A stretch of 64,000 nt of DNA. Source: an uncultured delta proteobacterium (lineage in GTDB: Bacteria; Myxococcota; Kuafuiibacteriia; Kuafuiibacteriales; Kuafuiibacteriaceae). A model generated the notes under the pieces. The model ran no database searches. It was not told the origin of the DNA and worked only from the letters and a program-made list of their open reading frames with translations. Location: positions 672,001-736,000 of the forward strand of contig CAWDML010000009.1 in assembly GCA_963803435.1 (NCBI GenBank), read 5' to 3'. The first letter of the stretch is position 1, and each line of letters opens with the position of its first letter. Below are positions 9,900 to 20,195 of the stretch, piece by piece. The position numbers were made by a program, and so were the translations under genes.

Positions 9900-12800
9900 A
9901 TGGTCCGGCCTGTGAGTGAATCGTCTCAGGCGCCCACGGCGCTCGAAGCCGAAGTTCGAGCGCACGTCCAGCAAGCTCTCCAGCGCGTCGGTCTCGGACG
10001 AGACGAGATTCCGATCCAGGTCGTCGAGCGGCTCGAGCAACGGGCGCGGGTCCCCGATCAACGCCTGGTGGTCGGGCGCTACCTGCTGATCGGTGAGCTC
10101 GGGCGCGGCGGTATGGGCGTGGTGTACGAGGCCTGGGATCCGGGCATCGAGCGCCGGGTCGCCATCAAGACGATCGAGCCCGAGCTGGTCCCCGAGGAGG
10201 AGCGCGAGGAGGTGATCGAGCGCTTCCGGCGCGAGACCAAGGTCGTCGGCCGGCTCCATCACCCATCGATCGTCACCATCTTCGACTCTGGGAACGAGCG
10301 GACCTTCGATCAGGGCATCGGCGAGAGGGTGCCGGTCCTCTACTACTACGTGATGGAGTACCTCGAGGGGCAGTCGCTGGCCCGCTTGCTGCGCGAGCGC
10401 CACCTTCTGCCCGAGGCCGAGGCCGTCCGGATCGCCCGCGACATCGCCGAGGCGCTCCATCTGTCGCACCAGGCCGGGATCATCCATCGCGACATCAAGC
10501 CGTCGAACATCTTCCTTCGCGACAACCTGCAAGCCGTCCTGCTCGACTTCGGCATCGCCAAGACGGGGAGCGTCAACCTGACGCGACAGGGCCAGATCCT
10601 CGGTACGCCCAGCTACCTGGCGCCCGAGCGGCTCCGGGAGAAGGAGGTCGCGATCGACGGCCGCGCCGACATCTTCTCGCTGGGCGTCCTCTTGTTCACG
10701 ATGCTCACCGGTGAGGCGCCCTTCGTCGGCGAGGACGTCTACGAGGTCATCGACAAGATCGCGAAGGAGAGCCACCCGCAGCTCGAGCGCGGTACCCCGG
10801 CCGGGACGCTGCTCTCGGAGCTCATCGATCGCATGCTGGCGAAGGATCCGCGGGATCGCTACGACACGGCGGGCGATGCGGCCCGCGCGCTGGATCAGGT
10901 GCTGTACCTGCTCTCCGGAGAGCGGCCGACCTCCATCGTCTCGGCCGACTACGCGCTCCCCGAGATCGAAGCGGGCGAGATCGTCAGCATCGACGAGGCC
11001 ACCCCGGCGGACGACGAGGACGACACCGGCCGGCTCGACCAGCCGCCCAGCGAGGAGACCACCTCCCCGAAGGCGCCGATCTCCGGCCCGTTGCCCGTCG
11101 CCGCGGCGGACGACCGCGTGCATCCCCAACCGGACCTCGGGGACGAGGACGAGGGCGTCCAGAAGAAGACGACCATCTCGCCGCGGCCCGAGGAGGCGCC
11201 CGCCGGGTTCGGCCAGGACGAGAACACCGCCGAGGAGCTCCCGGCGCAGATGGCGGTGAAGAAGCCCGCCGACCAGGGCCCGACCGACATCCTGCCGAAG
11301 GCCGTCGAGAGCGTGCGCGTGGCCGACGTCCTGGGTACCCGCCCCGAGCTCGCGCTCCAGCGGGAGACGCGGGAGATGAAGTCCTCCGACCGCTCGGCCG
11401 GTCCGTCGCCGCTTCCAAAGCTCGCCGCCGCTCGCGCGATGCCGCGCGTCGAGCCCGACCGCACGACGCCGGCCATCCCGGCGTACCGCACCACGGTGGA
11501 CGGGCGGCCGTACCGCGACCACGCACCCGACAACGACGAGACCACCGACGACGAGACGATCGCAGATCCGTCGAGCAGCCTCTTGAAGGCGTTCGGCGAC
11601 GAGCGTGCGACCGAGCAGCTGGTGCGGGCCGAGCGCCCCGTCGAGGCGCCGGACCACCGGAGGCCGGCGCCGCCGCGCGGGCGCCGTTCGCGGATCGAGG
11701 CCTCCCTGGTCGACGAAGACGACGTGGTGGTGAAGCCGGCGCCGCTGGACGCGCTCAAGCCTGACGAGATGCCCACACAGGCAGGCTTTCAGCGGGGCCC
11801 CGATTCTCCAGCCGCCGAGCTGGTACCGCCGATGTCCGCCACCAGCAGCCCGGAGGTGGTCCGCGCCCGCGGTGACAGCCGCGTGCTGGATCCCGCCGAG
11901 GCCGGCGGCGAGCGCACGCAGGGCGGGGCGCTGATCTCGGAGAGAGAGGATGAGGACAAGAAGAGCGCGGCGGTGGCGCGACGCACCATCGGGGCCGCGC
12001 GCGGGCGTCCCCCGTCCTCGGCCGCGGCGGCCGCCAACATCCAGGTCCGGGTCACCGGGCGGGCGTTCGGCTCGTCGCCGCAGGACGATCGCATGCGGAT
12101 GTTGCGCCGACGGGGCGTGATGCTCCTGGCCGGCGCCTTGGCCTCGGTCGGCATCGGATTGATGCTGGGCCGGATGCAGCGGAGCAGCGCCGGCGGCGAT
12201 CCCAGCACCGGTACCGGAGCGCCCTCGCCCAAGGTCGAGCCGAGGGCCTCGGTGCGCAAGATCCCGGGGACCGATCAGATCGAGCTGGCCCGCCCGCGTC
12301 CGCCGGCGGAGCTGATCGCGGACGCCGAAGCCGCCGAGACCTCCGGCCAGCTCGATGACGCCGCCCGCCTGTTCCAGAAGGCGATCGACTCCACCCAGGA
12401 AGGCGCGCCCCTTCGCGCCCGCGCGCGGCTCGGGCTGGGCGACGTCATGCGTGCGAAGGGCGACACCAAGAGCGCGATCGTCCAGTACCGCGCGCTGATC
12501 AAGATCTACGGCAGCTCCGAGGAGGCCCAGCAGGCCAAGGTCGCGCTCTCGGAGCTCGGCGTCGCGGCCGAGCCGCCCCGACGCTCCCGCCTGGTGGCGC
12601 CGCCGCCTCCCGAGCCGCGAGCTCCACCGAAGAACGAACCCGCGAAGCGCGAGGTCATCTTCAAGCCCGACGACGCGATGACGCCCGACGAGCAGTGTAC
12701 CGTGCTGCTCCGTCGCTATCTGCAGTCGCCCGCCGAGGCCGTCGATGCGTTCGAGGAGCTCCGGCGCAAGCACCCGGCCGCGCCCTGCGTGTTCTGGAAC

Positions 12801-12947
12801 CTGGGACGGAAGTACGAGCAGCTCGGGCGCAACCGGCAAGCCCTGGCGGCCTACAAGCGGTACATCGAGCTCGATCCGAAGGCCTCGCAGCGCGAGACGA
12901 TCGAGAAGAAGAAGATCCCCAACCTCGAAGCCAAGCTCCGGCAGTAG
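9900..12947 (+). CDS. Membrane Ser/Thr protein kinase with C-terminal TPR-like domain
   Basis: GRGGMGVVY, VAIK, HRDIKPSN, DFG, GTPSYLAPE; acidic Pro-rich linker, TM helix, TPR-like repeats. Confidence 0.93.
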   Translation: MVRPVSESSQAPTALEAEVRAHVQQALQRVGLGRDEIPIQVVERLEQRARVPDQRLVVGRYLLIGELGRGGMGVVYEAWDPGIERRVAIKTIEPELVPEEEREEVIERFRRETKVVGRLHHPSIVTIFDSGNERTFDQGIGERVPVLYYYVMEYLEGQSLARLLRERHLLPEAEAVRIARDIAEALHLSHQAGIIHRDIKPSNIFLRDNLQAVLLDFGIAKTGSVNLTRQGQILGTPSYLAPERLREKEVAIDGRADIFSLGVLLFTMLTGEAPFVGEDVYEVIDKIAKESHPQLERGTPAGTLLSELIDRMLAKDPRDRYDTAGDAARALDQVLYLLSGERPTSIVSADYALPEIEAGEIVSIDEATPADDEDDTGRLDQPPSEETTSPKAPISGPLPVAAADDRVHPQPDLGDEDEGVQKKTTISPRPEEAPAGFGQDENTAEELPAQMAVKKPADQGPTDILPKAVESVRVADVLGTRPELALQRETREMKSSDRSAGPSPLPKLAAARAMPRVEPDRTTPAIPAYRTTVDGRPYRDHAPDNDETTDDETIADPSSSLLKAFGDERATEQLVRAERPVEAPDHRRPAPPRGRRSRIEASLVDEDDVVVKPAPLDALKPDEMPTQAGFQRGPDSPAAELVPPMSATSSPEVVRARGDSRVLDPAEAGGERTQGGALISEREDEDKKSAAVARRTIGAARGRPPSSAAAAANIQVRVTGRAFGSSPQDDRMRMLRRRGVMLLAGALASVGIGLMLGRMQRSSAGGDPSTGTGAPSPKVEPRASVRKIPGTDQIELARPRPPAELIADAEAAETSGQLDDAARLFQKAIDSTQEGAPLRARARLGLGDVMRAKGDTKSAIVQYRALIKIYGSSEEAQQAKVALSELGVAAEPPRRSRLVAPPPPEPRAPPKNEPAKREVIFKPDDAMTPDEQCTVLLRRYLQSPAEAVDAFEELRRKHPAAPCVFWNLGRKYEQLGRNRQALAAYKRYIELDPKASQRETIEKKKIPNLEAKLRQ

Positions 12948-12950
12948 CTC

Positions 12951-14183
12951 ATGCGACCCCTGGTGGTTCAGAAGTTCGGCGGCACCTCTGTCGCGACGAT
13001 CGAGCGCATGCACGGCGTCGCCGACATCGTCGCCGCCGAGTTCAACGCTGGAAACAACCTGGTGGTGGTCGTGAGCGCCATGTCGGGCGAGACCGATCGC
13101 CTGCTCCGGCTCGCCCACGACGCGGTCCCGGAGCCCAGCCCGCGCGAGCTCGATTGCCTGCTGGCGACCGGCGAGCAGGTCTCGGTGGCGCTCCTCTCGA
13201 TGATCCTGGAGGGGCGCGGCGTCCCGGCCCAGTCGATCCTCGGCTTCCAGATGGGGCTGCTCACCGATGGGTCCCACACCAAGGCCCGTATCCGGGAGCT
13301 CGATCGGCAGCGCTTCTCCGCTGCGCTCGACGGCGAGGCGGTGCTGGTGGCCGCCGGTTTTCAGGGCGTCGGCCCCGAGGGGCAGGTGACGACGCTTGGT
13401 CGCGGCGGCTCCGACACCACCGCCGTGGCGATCGCCGCCGGCCTGGGCGCCGACTACTGCGACATCTACACCGACGTGGACGGCGTCTACACCGCCGATC
13501 CGAACGTGGTGCGCGACGCCCGCCGGCTGGAGCGAATCTCATATGAGGAGATGCTCGAGCTGGCCTCTACCGGCGCAAAGGTTTTGCAGATCCGCAGCGT
13601 CGAGATGGGGATGAAGTATGGGGTACGGCTGCGCGTACGGTCCACGTTCACCCGCGGGCCCGGAACGCTGGTCACCCAGGAGGACGAGTCGATGGAGGGG
13701 ATAGTCGTCGCCGGCGTCGCGTGCGACCGCAACGAGGCGAAGATCGCGCTGCGCTCCGTACCGGATCAGCCGGGGATCGCCGCTCGGATCTTCACCCCGC
13801 TCTCGGACGCCAACATCGTCGTCGACATGATCATCCAGAACACGTCGCTCGATGGCACCACCGACCTGACGTTCACCGTGCCGAAGACCGACCTCAAGCA
13901 GGCGGTCCGGCTGATGGAGGCGCTCGCCGCCCAGGTGGGCGTCCGCAAGATCGAGAGCGACAGCGCGGTCGCGAAGGTCTCCATCGTCGGCGTGGGGATG
14001 CGCTCGCACGCCGGCGTCGCCTCCCGCATGTTCCGCGTCCTCGCCAAGGAGGGCGTCAACATCCAGATGATCTCCACCTCGGAGATCAAGATCAGCGCCG
14101 TCATCGACGAGAAGTACGCCGAGCTCGCCGTCCGCGCCCTCCACGACGCCTTCGAGCTGAGCAAGCCTCCGGGCGGAGAATGA
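12951..14183 (+). CDS. lysC: Aspartate kinase
   Basis: VQKFGGTSV, TTLGRGGSDTTAVA, DVDGVYTADP, two ACT domains, ISTSEIKIS. Confidence 0.96.
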   Translation: MRPLVVQKFGGTSVATIERMHGVADIVAAEFNAGNNLVVVVSAMSGETDRLLRLAHDAVPEPSPRELDCLLATGEQVSVALLSMILEGRGVPAQSILGFQMGLLTDGSHTKARIRELDRQRFSAALDGEAVLVAAGFQGVGPEGQVTTLGRGGSDTTAVAIAAGLGADYCDIYTDVDGVYTADPNVVRDARRLERISYEEMLELASTGAKVLQIRSVEMGMKYGVRLRVRSTFTRGPGTLVTQEDESMEGIVVAGVACDRNEAKIALRSVPDQPGIAARIFTPLSDANIVVDMIIQNTSLDGTTDLTFTVPKTDLKQAVRLMEALAAQVGVRKIESDSAVAKVSIVGVGMRSHAGVASRMFRVLAKEGVNIQMISTSEIKISAVIDEKYAELAVRALHDAFELSKPPGGE

Positions 14184-14569
14184 CGAGGGCTGGCGCGCTG
14201 CTCCTGCTGGCCGGGCTGGCCGCGCTGCCCTCCATCCAGCGGATCCTGGCGCCGCCGCCCCGACCGCTCTTGCTTCGTCCCGGCCCCGAGACGCCCGAGG
14301 CCGACCGCCTCCTCTACGGCGAGAAGATGGATCTCAACCAGGTTGATCCGGCCTCCCTCCGGATCGTCCCCGGGATCGGCCCTGCGCTGGCCCGGCGGAT
14401 CGTCGACGATCGGACGCGCCGTGGGCCGTTCCGCACCCTCGGCGACGTGGAGCGCGTCCGCGGCGTAGGCCCGGCCAAGCGGCGCGCGCTCGCGGACTAC
14501 TGCGCCGTCCCGCTCACGCCTCGTCCAGCACCCACCTCTCGAACACGCCCTCCGACAGCTCGGCGATGA
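14180..14569 (+). CDS. ComEA-like helix-hairpin-helix DNA-binding protein
   Basis: ATGA overlap with lysC; signal-like N-terminus; DLNQ..LRIVPGIGPALARRIV..GPF..VRGVGP. Confidence 0.85.
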   Translation: MTRAGALLLLAGLAALPSIQRILAPPPRPLLLRPGPETPEADRLLYGEKMDLNQVDPASLRIVPGIGPALARRIVDDRTRRGPFRTLGDVERVRGVGPAKRRALADYCAVPLTPRPAPTSRTRPPTARR

Positions 14570-16515
14570 ACCGACTCGGGCGCGTCAGCACCCGATTCTG
14601 ATCCCTCACTATACGGACCGACGGATACGCGAGGTACAGCTGCTCCTGGGCGCGGGTCACGGCCACATAGAAGAGCCGGCGCTCCTCGGCCTCGCCGCCC
14701 GGCTCCTCGAGCGCGGTCTGGTGGGGGAAGGCGCCGTCGGTCAGCCCGGCGACGAACACCGCCCGCCACTCGAGGCCCTTCGCCTGATGCACGGTCGAGA
14801 GCGTCAACCACTCCCGCTCTCCCGATCGCGGGCCGCCCGCCATCTCCTCCCCGGCGATTCTCGCTGACCAGCGCGAGCTCGGCGAGGAACGCCCCCAGGT
14901 CCTTGGACTGGGCCGCGATGTCGGCCAGCTGCGCCAGCTCCTCGGCCCGGCGCTGCGCGTTCGCGTGCGTCTGTTCGAGGTGGGCCATCAGCGCGCCCGC
15001 CAGCAGGGTCCGGATCATCGCGCCCGGCTGCGCGTGCATCTCCTCGGTCGACGCGCGCGCGAGCAGGTCGACCAGCCCTCGGATCGACTCGCGCGCCCGG
15101 CCCGGGAGCCCGAGCAGCAGCTCGTGGCGGAGCAGCGCCTCGAGGTGGTCCTTCTCCTCCAAGAGCGCCTGCGCCACCGCTGCCCAGATCCTCCCGCTGG
15201 AGCGCGCGCCCACGCCCGGAAGGATCGCGAGGATCCGTCTCCACGACAGCTCGTCCCTGGGGTTCCAGATGATCCGGAGGAACGCCACCAGATCCCGCAC
15301 GTGGGCCTGCTCGAAGAAGCGCCGCCCGCTGCGCACCACGTACGGAACGCCGCGTCTCGTGAGCTCGAGCTGGAGCTCGACCGACTGTCCGTGCGATCGG
15401 TACAGGATCGCCTGCTCGCCCAGCGCCACGCCCTCGTCGCGAAGCTCGAGGGCCCGCTGGGCCACGAACGCCGCCTGCTGGAGCACGTCGCGGGACGGCG
15501 TCACCACCGGCATCATCATCCCCGCGTGGGGCGAGCGCAGCACCTTGGGAAACTGCAGCGTGTTCTTCGCGATCACCTCGTTCGCGATCGCCAGGATCTT
15601 TTGAGTGGAACGGTAGTTCTCGGTGAGGCTGTGGACCTCGGTGGGCGCCCGGGCCGGGAACTCGAGGATGTTGTCGAAGCGCGCCCCGCGGAACCCGAAG
15701 ATCGACTGCGCGTCGTCGCCCACCACGCACAGACGCTCGGAGCGCTCCGCCAAGAGCTCGGCGATCTCCGCCTGCAGCCGGTTCGTGTCCTGGAACTCGT
15801 CGACCAGCACGTGGTGGACGCCATCCTTGATCCCATCGGCGACCGCGCCCCCGTTCATCAGCAGCAATCGCCAGAAGACCAGGAGATCGTCGAAGTCCAT
15901 CGCGCCCATCGCCGCCTTGCGCCGGGTGTAGAGGGAGAGGACCTGCTCGATCTGCGCCAGGAGAGGGAGGAGCGACAGATTCCTCGTCAGCACGTCGGTC
16001 AGCGTCCGATCGGTGTTGATCGCCAGCGACGCCAGGTCGACCAGCGTCTCCGCGGAGGGAAAGCGGTGCGCGCCCGGATCGAGCTGGGTGTCCGCGATGG
16101 CGATGCCCATCAGCTCCTTCTGCTCCTCGCGCCCGAGGATCGCGAGCCGCGCGTCGAAGCCGAACAGCGATCCGTGTCGCAAGAGCGCACGATACGCGAG
16201 CGCGTGAAACGTCCCCGCGCGGACCTTCCGGGCCGTCGGACCCAGCAGGTCCTCGATGCGCTCCTTCATCTCCCGCGCTGCGCGGTTGGTGAACGTCGCC
16301 AGCACGATCCCCTGCGGCGGCGCGCCCTTCTCGATGAGCCGCGCCACCCGGTAGGTCAGGGTCCTCGTCTTACCGGTGCCCGCGCCTGCCAAGATGAGGA
16401 TTCGCTTGGCGTCGCTCTCGACCGCTGCCCGCTGGGTGGCGTTGAGCGTGTTGTCCAGATCGAGCGCCGAGGGCGCGTCCGTCGTTCGGTGGAGGATCTG
16501 GTAGCGACGTTCCAC
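14514..16515 (-). CDS. UvrD/PcrA-family ATP-dependent helicase with apparent frameshift at 14856-14860
   Basis: AGAGTGKT, TFTNRAA, VDEFQDTN, VGDDAQSIFGFRGA, ENYRS; STVHQAKGLEW and EERRLFYVAVTRA lie in another frame and are restored by GATTC to GATC. Confidence 0.9.
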
Positions 16516-16526
16516 CGCCGCCCGGA

Positions 16527-17399
16527 CTACAGGAACGTGTAGCCGATGTCGAACAGCACACCCTGATCCCGGGTGAGGCCCTCGTAGCCGTCGGGGACGA
16601 ACGTGAGCACGGCCGCCAGCCCGAGCGAGAATCCGGGGTCGATGGGGAAGAAGCGAAACCCGGGAGCGAGCCGCACCACGGTGTCGCCGGTGCTCGGAGG
16701 CTTGGACTCGACGTGCTCCGAGATCGCCGTGGTGCCGTCCGCCTCCACCACCACGCCGAACACGTCGCCGAACAGATACGAGACGACGGCGTCCCAGCCG
16801 ACCATGCCCGCGCTCCGCGGACCCTTGCGCCGGTCGTGCGTTCCGCTGAACCCGGAGACCTCGAGCATCAGGCCGAAGCCGTCGCGGGCGTAGTGATAGC
16901 CGAAGGCGAGCTCGACCAGGCTGCCTTCGAGGCCGCGGTCGGTGGGGACATGGAAGACCACCATCGGCGCGAATCGGTGAGGTCCGGCGGAGAAGGGCGC
17001 CTTCAGCACCAGCTCGACCGGCCCGGCGTTCTCGCCCTCGGCGGCGCCGAAGGGGACGCGCGCGTCGAGCACCCACAGGTTGACGTCGACCCGACCGCGC
17101 AGCGCGACGCGGCCGTCCTTGCCGTGGGGCTCGCCCACGTTGGAGATCTTCTCCTGCACGAAGCGCATCGAGAGCTGCGCCGACAGCTCGGGGAAGACTT
17201 CACGACCGAGGAACGGATCGAGGTAGGCCTGGCCTTCGTCTCGGTGCGTGGTGGTGATCACCGGGAGATCGATCCCGGCAGGCTCGTCGCTCGGGACCTC
17301 CACCTTGCGGTCGCTGCTCCTGGGCACGACCTCGAAGTGGGTCTCGTCCAGCCCCCCGTCGCCCGGGGCCGCAAGAAGCGCGAGCAGGAGCAGGCTCAT
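16527..17399 (-). CDS. Secreted, probable outer-membrane beta-barrel hypothetical protein
   Basis: Signal peptide, alternating beta-strand pattern, C-terminal DIGYTFL. Confidence 0.65.
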   Translation of the reverse strand: MSLLLLALLAAPGDGGLDETHFEVVPRSSDRKVEVPSDEPAGIDLPVITTTHRDEGQAYLDPFLGREVFPELSAQLSMRFVQEKISNVGEPHGKDGRVALRGRVDVNLWVLDARVPFGAAEGENAGPVELVLKAPFSAGPHRFAPMVVFHVPTDRGLEGSLVELAFGYHYARDGFGLMLEVSGFSGTHDRRKGPRSAGMVGWDAVVSYLFGDVFGVVVEADGTTAISEHVESKPPSTGDTVVRLAPGFRFFPIDPGFSLGLAAVLTFVPDGYEGLTRDQGVLFDIGYTFL

Positions 17400-17425
17400 C
17401 TCGATACCCTCCCGGAGGAAAGGTA

Positions 17426-17605
17426 TCAGGTGTCCATCTTCTTGGTGGAGCCCTTCACCGTCTCGACCACGGTCTTGTAGATCACCCGGAAGGCCTCACT
17501 GATCTTGGCCGGGTTCTTCTCATTGGTGACAGCCACCATCGAGGCCGTGATCTGGGCCGAGGCCGCGATGGCGGCCTTCGTAATCTCCAGCTGCGACTGG
17601 GACAT
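17426..17605 (-). CDS. Small hypothetical protein (59 aa)
   Basis: MSQSQLEITKAAIAASAQITASMV...; GC-biased third positions; lies just downstream of the tRNA. Confidence 0.6.
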   Translation of the reverse strand: MSQSQLEITKAAIAASAQITASMVAVTNEKNPAKISEAFRVIYKTVVETVKGSTKKMDT

Positions 17606-17678
17606 GCCCACGTGTTCTTGCGGCTTCTGTCCCGGTGGTTTGATCATGGCAGGCGCGAGCCTTGATGTGCTCACGGAG

Positions 17679-17751
17679 TGGAGAAGATGGGACTTGAACC
17701 CACGACCTCTGCATTGCGAACGCAGCGCTCTCCCAACTGAGCTACTCCCCC
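17679..17751 (-). tRNA. tRNA-Ala (anticodon CGC), CCA not encoded
   Basis: Reverse complement GGGGGAGTAGCTCAGTTGGGAGAGCGCTGCGTTCGCAATGCAGAGGTCGTGGGTTCAAGTCCCATCTTCTCCA folds as a cloverleaf with the G3:U70 Ala determinant. Confidence 0.97.
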
Positions 17752-17849
17752 GTTTCGGTCCGTTCTCCTAGTCCGATTGCTGGACCAACCGCAAGGAAAA
17801 TCAACCCGTTTTGACGCGACTTTGGACCTCTGGTAGTCCAGTCGAGACC

Positions 17850-20195
17850 ATGTCGGCGGGAGACACCGGCACCGAGAACCCGGGGCCCGCGGGATCGGAC
17901 GGCCGAGCCCAGTCGACGAACGGCAAGATGAAGAAGCCGGTATCCGTGACCGAGCTGGAGCTCCAGTTCGCGCAGAACCCAGAGTCCACGGCGTACGTCG
18001 ATCTCTGTGAGGCCTACTTCGATCAGGGCCGCTTCATGGAGGCGATGGTCGTCTGCAAGAAGGGCATCAAGGCGCACCCGTCCTCGGTGGACGCGAAGAT
18101 CCTCCTCTCCAAAGTTTACTCGCGGCAGAAGAAGTACAAGCGCGCGCTCAGCGAGCTCGACGAGCTGGTCGCGCAGAACGACAAGGATCCGACCGTGTAT
18201 CTGGCCCGCGGGCGCGTCCGCGACGAGAGCGGTGACGAGCAGGGCGCGGTGGCCGATCTCAAGAAGTCCATCGATTCGGATCGGGGCCTGACGGAGGCGG
18301 TCGAGCTCCTCAAGGCCAAGAACATCGTCTACCCCCCGCCGGCTTCGCGGCCGCCGCCGGTCCCCGAGCCCTCGGCTCCGGGGTTGCCGGTGCGACCTCA
18401 CTCCCAGGTCTCCGTCACCCCCGTGCGTCCCGGGCAGGAGCCGGACACCGCCGATCTGAGCTCGAACGACATCGTCCGGCGCTCCCCGCAGCCGCCCCCG
18501 ATGCCGCCGGCGGTGCGCGCGGCCAGCTTCGCCCGCGTCGATCCGGGCATCCAGTACGCCCCGATGAAGCTCGAGGGTGAGGAGGAGCTGGAGGCGCTCG
18601 CCCGCAAGGTCGCCGAGGAGAAGCCGGACCGCGGGCGGCCGAAGACCACCTTCATGCTGATGATCGCGCTGGCGGTGATCGGCCTGGTGACGATCGTCAG
18701 CGTCCTCTACAACAAGCGCAAGGTCGAGGCGATCGACGAGCTCACCACGCGCTCCTTCAAGGCCTTCAACCGCGACACCTACGGCGCCTACAAGGAGGCG
18801 GCCGAGGACATGCGCGAGATCCTCGGCGAGTGGGACTCCAAGCACGCGCTCACCGCGGGGCGCCTCGCCGAGACCTACGTGCTGCTGTGGAGCGAGCACG
18901 GCGAATCCGATCTCGAGCCGAAGCTCAAGGAGATGCTCGAGCGCGCCAAGAAGGTGGCGCCCGAGGTCTCGTACACGATCGCGGCGGACGCGCTCTACAC
19001 CCTCTATTCGGGATCGGATCGCCAGGCCGCCGCCAAGGCGGCGTACGAGCAGCTCAACCCGATCGTCTCCCGCCTCGAGGACCAGGGCGGAGGCGGGACG
19101 CACGCCGAGCTGGCCCTCGGCATCATCGAGCTGCAGCTCGGCGACTACGACGAGGCCACGCGCCGGCTCAGCAGCGTCAGCCAGGTGCTCCCGGGCAGCG
19201 TCCTCGCCAAGGTTTGGCACGCACGCGCGGCCTTCCGCGCCAAGCGTCTCGCGTCGGCGCTGAACTCGTACGAAGCCGCGCTCCGGGCCGAGCCGAACCA
19301 CCCGAGCGCGCTCGCCGGGCTGGCGCTGGTGCACCTCGAGCTCGGAGGCCTCGGCTCCGCCGGCGACGATCTGATCAAGTTCGACGAGTTCGCCCAGCGC
19401 CATCAGAAGGAGATCAGCCGTCGCGACGCGGCCCTGGCGGAGTTCGCGCGGAGCGAGCTGTTCCGCTATGCCGGTGAGGAGCAGAAGGCCGCCGGCGCGT
19501 ACGAGAACGCGCTGCGCCTCGATCCGAAGAACGCCGACTTCCCCTATGGCCTCGGTCGCTGGCTCGTGAAGAACGGACGCCACAAGGAGGCCCTCAAGCC
19601 CCTGCGCAAGGCCGTCGAGATGGAGCCCACGCGCTGGACGTTCCTCGTCGATCTGGCCGAGGCCGAGATGTGGCAGAAGGACTTCTCGAGCGCCGAGAAG
19701 CACGTCGAGGAGGCGCTCCGCCGCGCGCCGGATCGTTCTGAGACCCTGCTCGCCAAGGCGGCGCTGCTCCGCCGCCGCGAGGATCCGAAGGCCGAGGCGT
19801 ACATCAAGGGCCTGCTCACCGCGAAGCCCACCGCGAAGGTGCTGATCAACGTGGAGCTGGCGCGCCTCTACCGGCAGCAGGATCGGCTCCCCGAGGCCCG
19901 CGACCTCTTCGAGAAGGAGATCATCCCCAACTTCGGCGGCTATGCGCAGCTCGAGCAGGCCGACATCCTGATCTCCTACGGCATCCTGATGGAGAAGCTC
20001 GGCGAGCGCACCACCGCTGCCAACTCGTACGATCAGGCGGCCCAGTACGGCTCGATCGAGGGCTCGTATCGGCTGGCCACGCTCCTCATCCACGACGACA
20101 AGGTGAAGGCGAAGGCAGCCTGCAACCGCGTGCTCGGCGCCGGCACCAGCCGCTGGTACGACCAGGCCGTTCAGCTGTGCGCGTCGCTCAAGTGA
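17850..20195 (+). CDS. Large tetratricopeptide-repeat membrane protein
   Basis: N-terminal TPRs, Pro-rich linker, single TM helix (TFMLMIALAVIGLVTIVSVLY), many further TPRs. Confidence 0.85.
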   Translation: MSAGDTGTENPGPAGSDGRAQSTNGKMKKPVSVTELELQFAQNPESTAYVDLCEAYFDQGRFMEAMVVCKKGIKAHPSSVDAKILLSKVYSRQKKYKRALSELDELVAQNDKDPTVYLARGRVRDESGDEQGAVADLKKSIDSDRGLTEAVELLKAKNIVYPPPASRPPPVPEPSAPGLPVRPHSQVSVTPVRPGQEPDTADLSSNDIVRRSPQPPPMPPAVRAASFARVDPGIQYAPMKLEGEEELEALARKVAEEKPDRGRPKTTFMLMIALAVIGLVTIVSVLYNKRKVEAIDELTTRSFKAFNRDTYGAYKEAAEDMREILGEWDSKHALTAGRLAETYVLLWSEHGESDLEPKLKEMLERAKKVAPEVSYTIAADALYTLYSGSDRQAAAKAAYEQLNPIVSRLEDQGGGGTHAELALGIIELQLGDYDEATRRLSSVSQVLPGSVLAKVWHARAAFRAKRLASALNSYEAALRAEPNHPSALAGLALVHLELGGLGSAGDDLIKFDEFAQRHQKEISRRDAALAEFARSELFRYAGEEQKAAGAYENALRLDPKNADFPYGLGRWLVKNGRHKEALKPLRKAVEMEPTRWTFLVDLAEAEMWQKDFSSAEKHVEEALRRAPDRSETLLAKAALLRRREDPKAEAYIKGLLTAKPTAKVLINVELARLYRQQDRLPEARDLFEKEIIPNFGGYAQLEQADILISYGILMEKLGERTTAANSYDQAAQYGSIEGSYRLATLLIHDDKVKAKAACNRVLGAGTSRWYDQAVQLCASLK

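Noticed and set aside
8532-13277. Very long antisense or alternate-frame ORFs (e.g. 8532..13277 -, 42360..46259 +, 17742..20252 -)
   Set aside because: Shadow ORFs of well-supported genes in high-GC DNA; no recognisable motifs.
17679-17751. tRNA-Ala as an integration site for a genomic island
   Set aside because: No integrase, no duplicated tRNA 3' end seen, and no compositional shift nearby.
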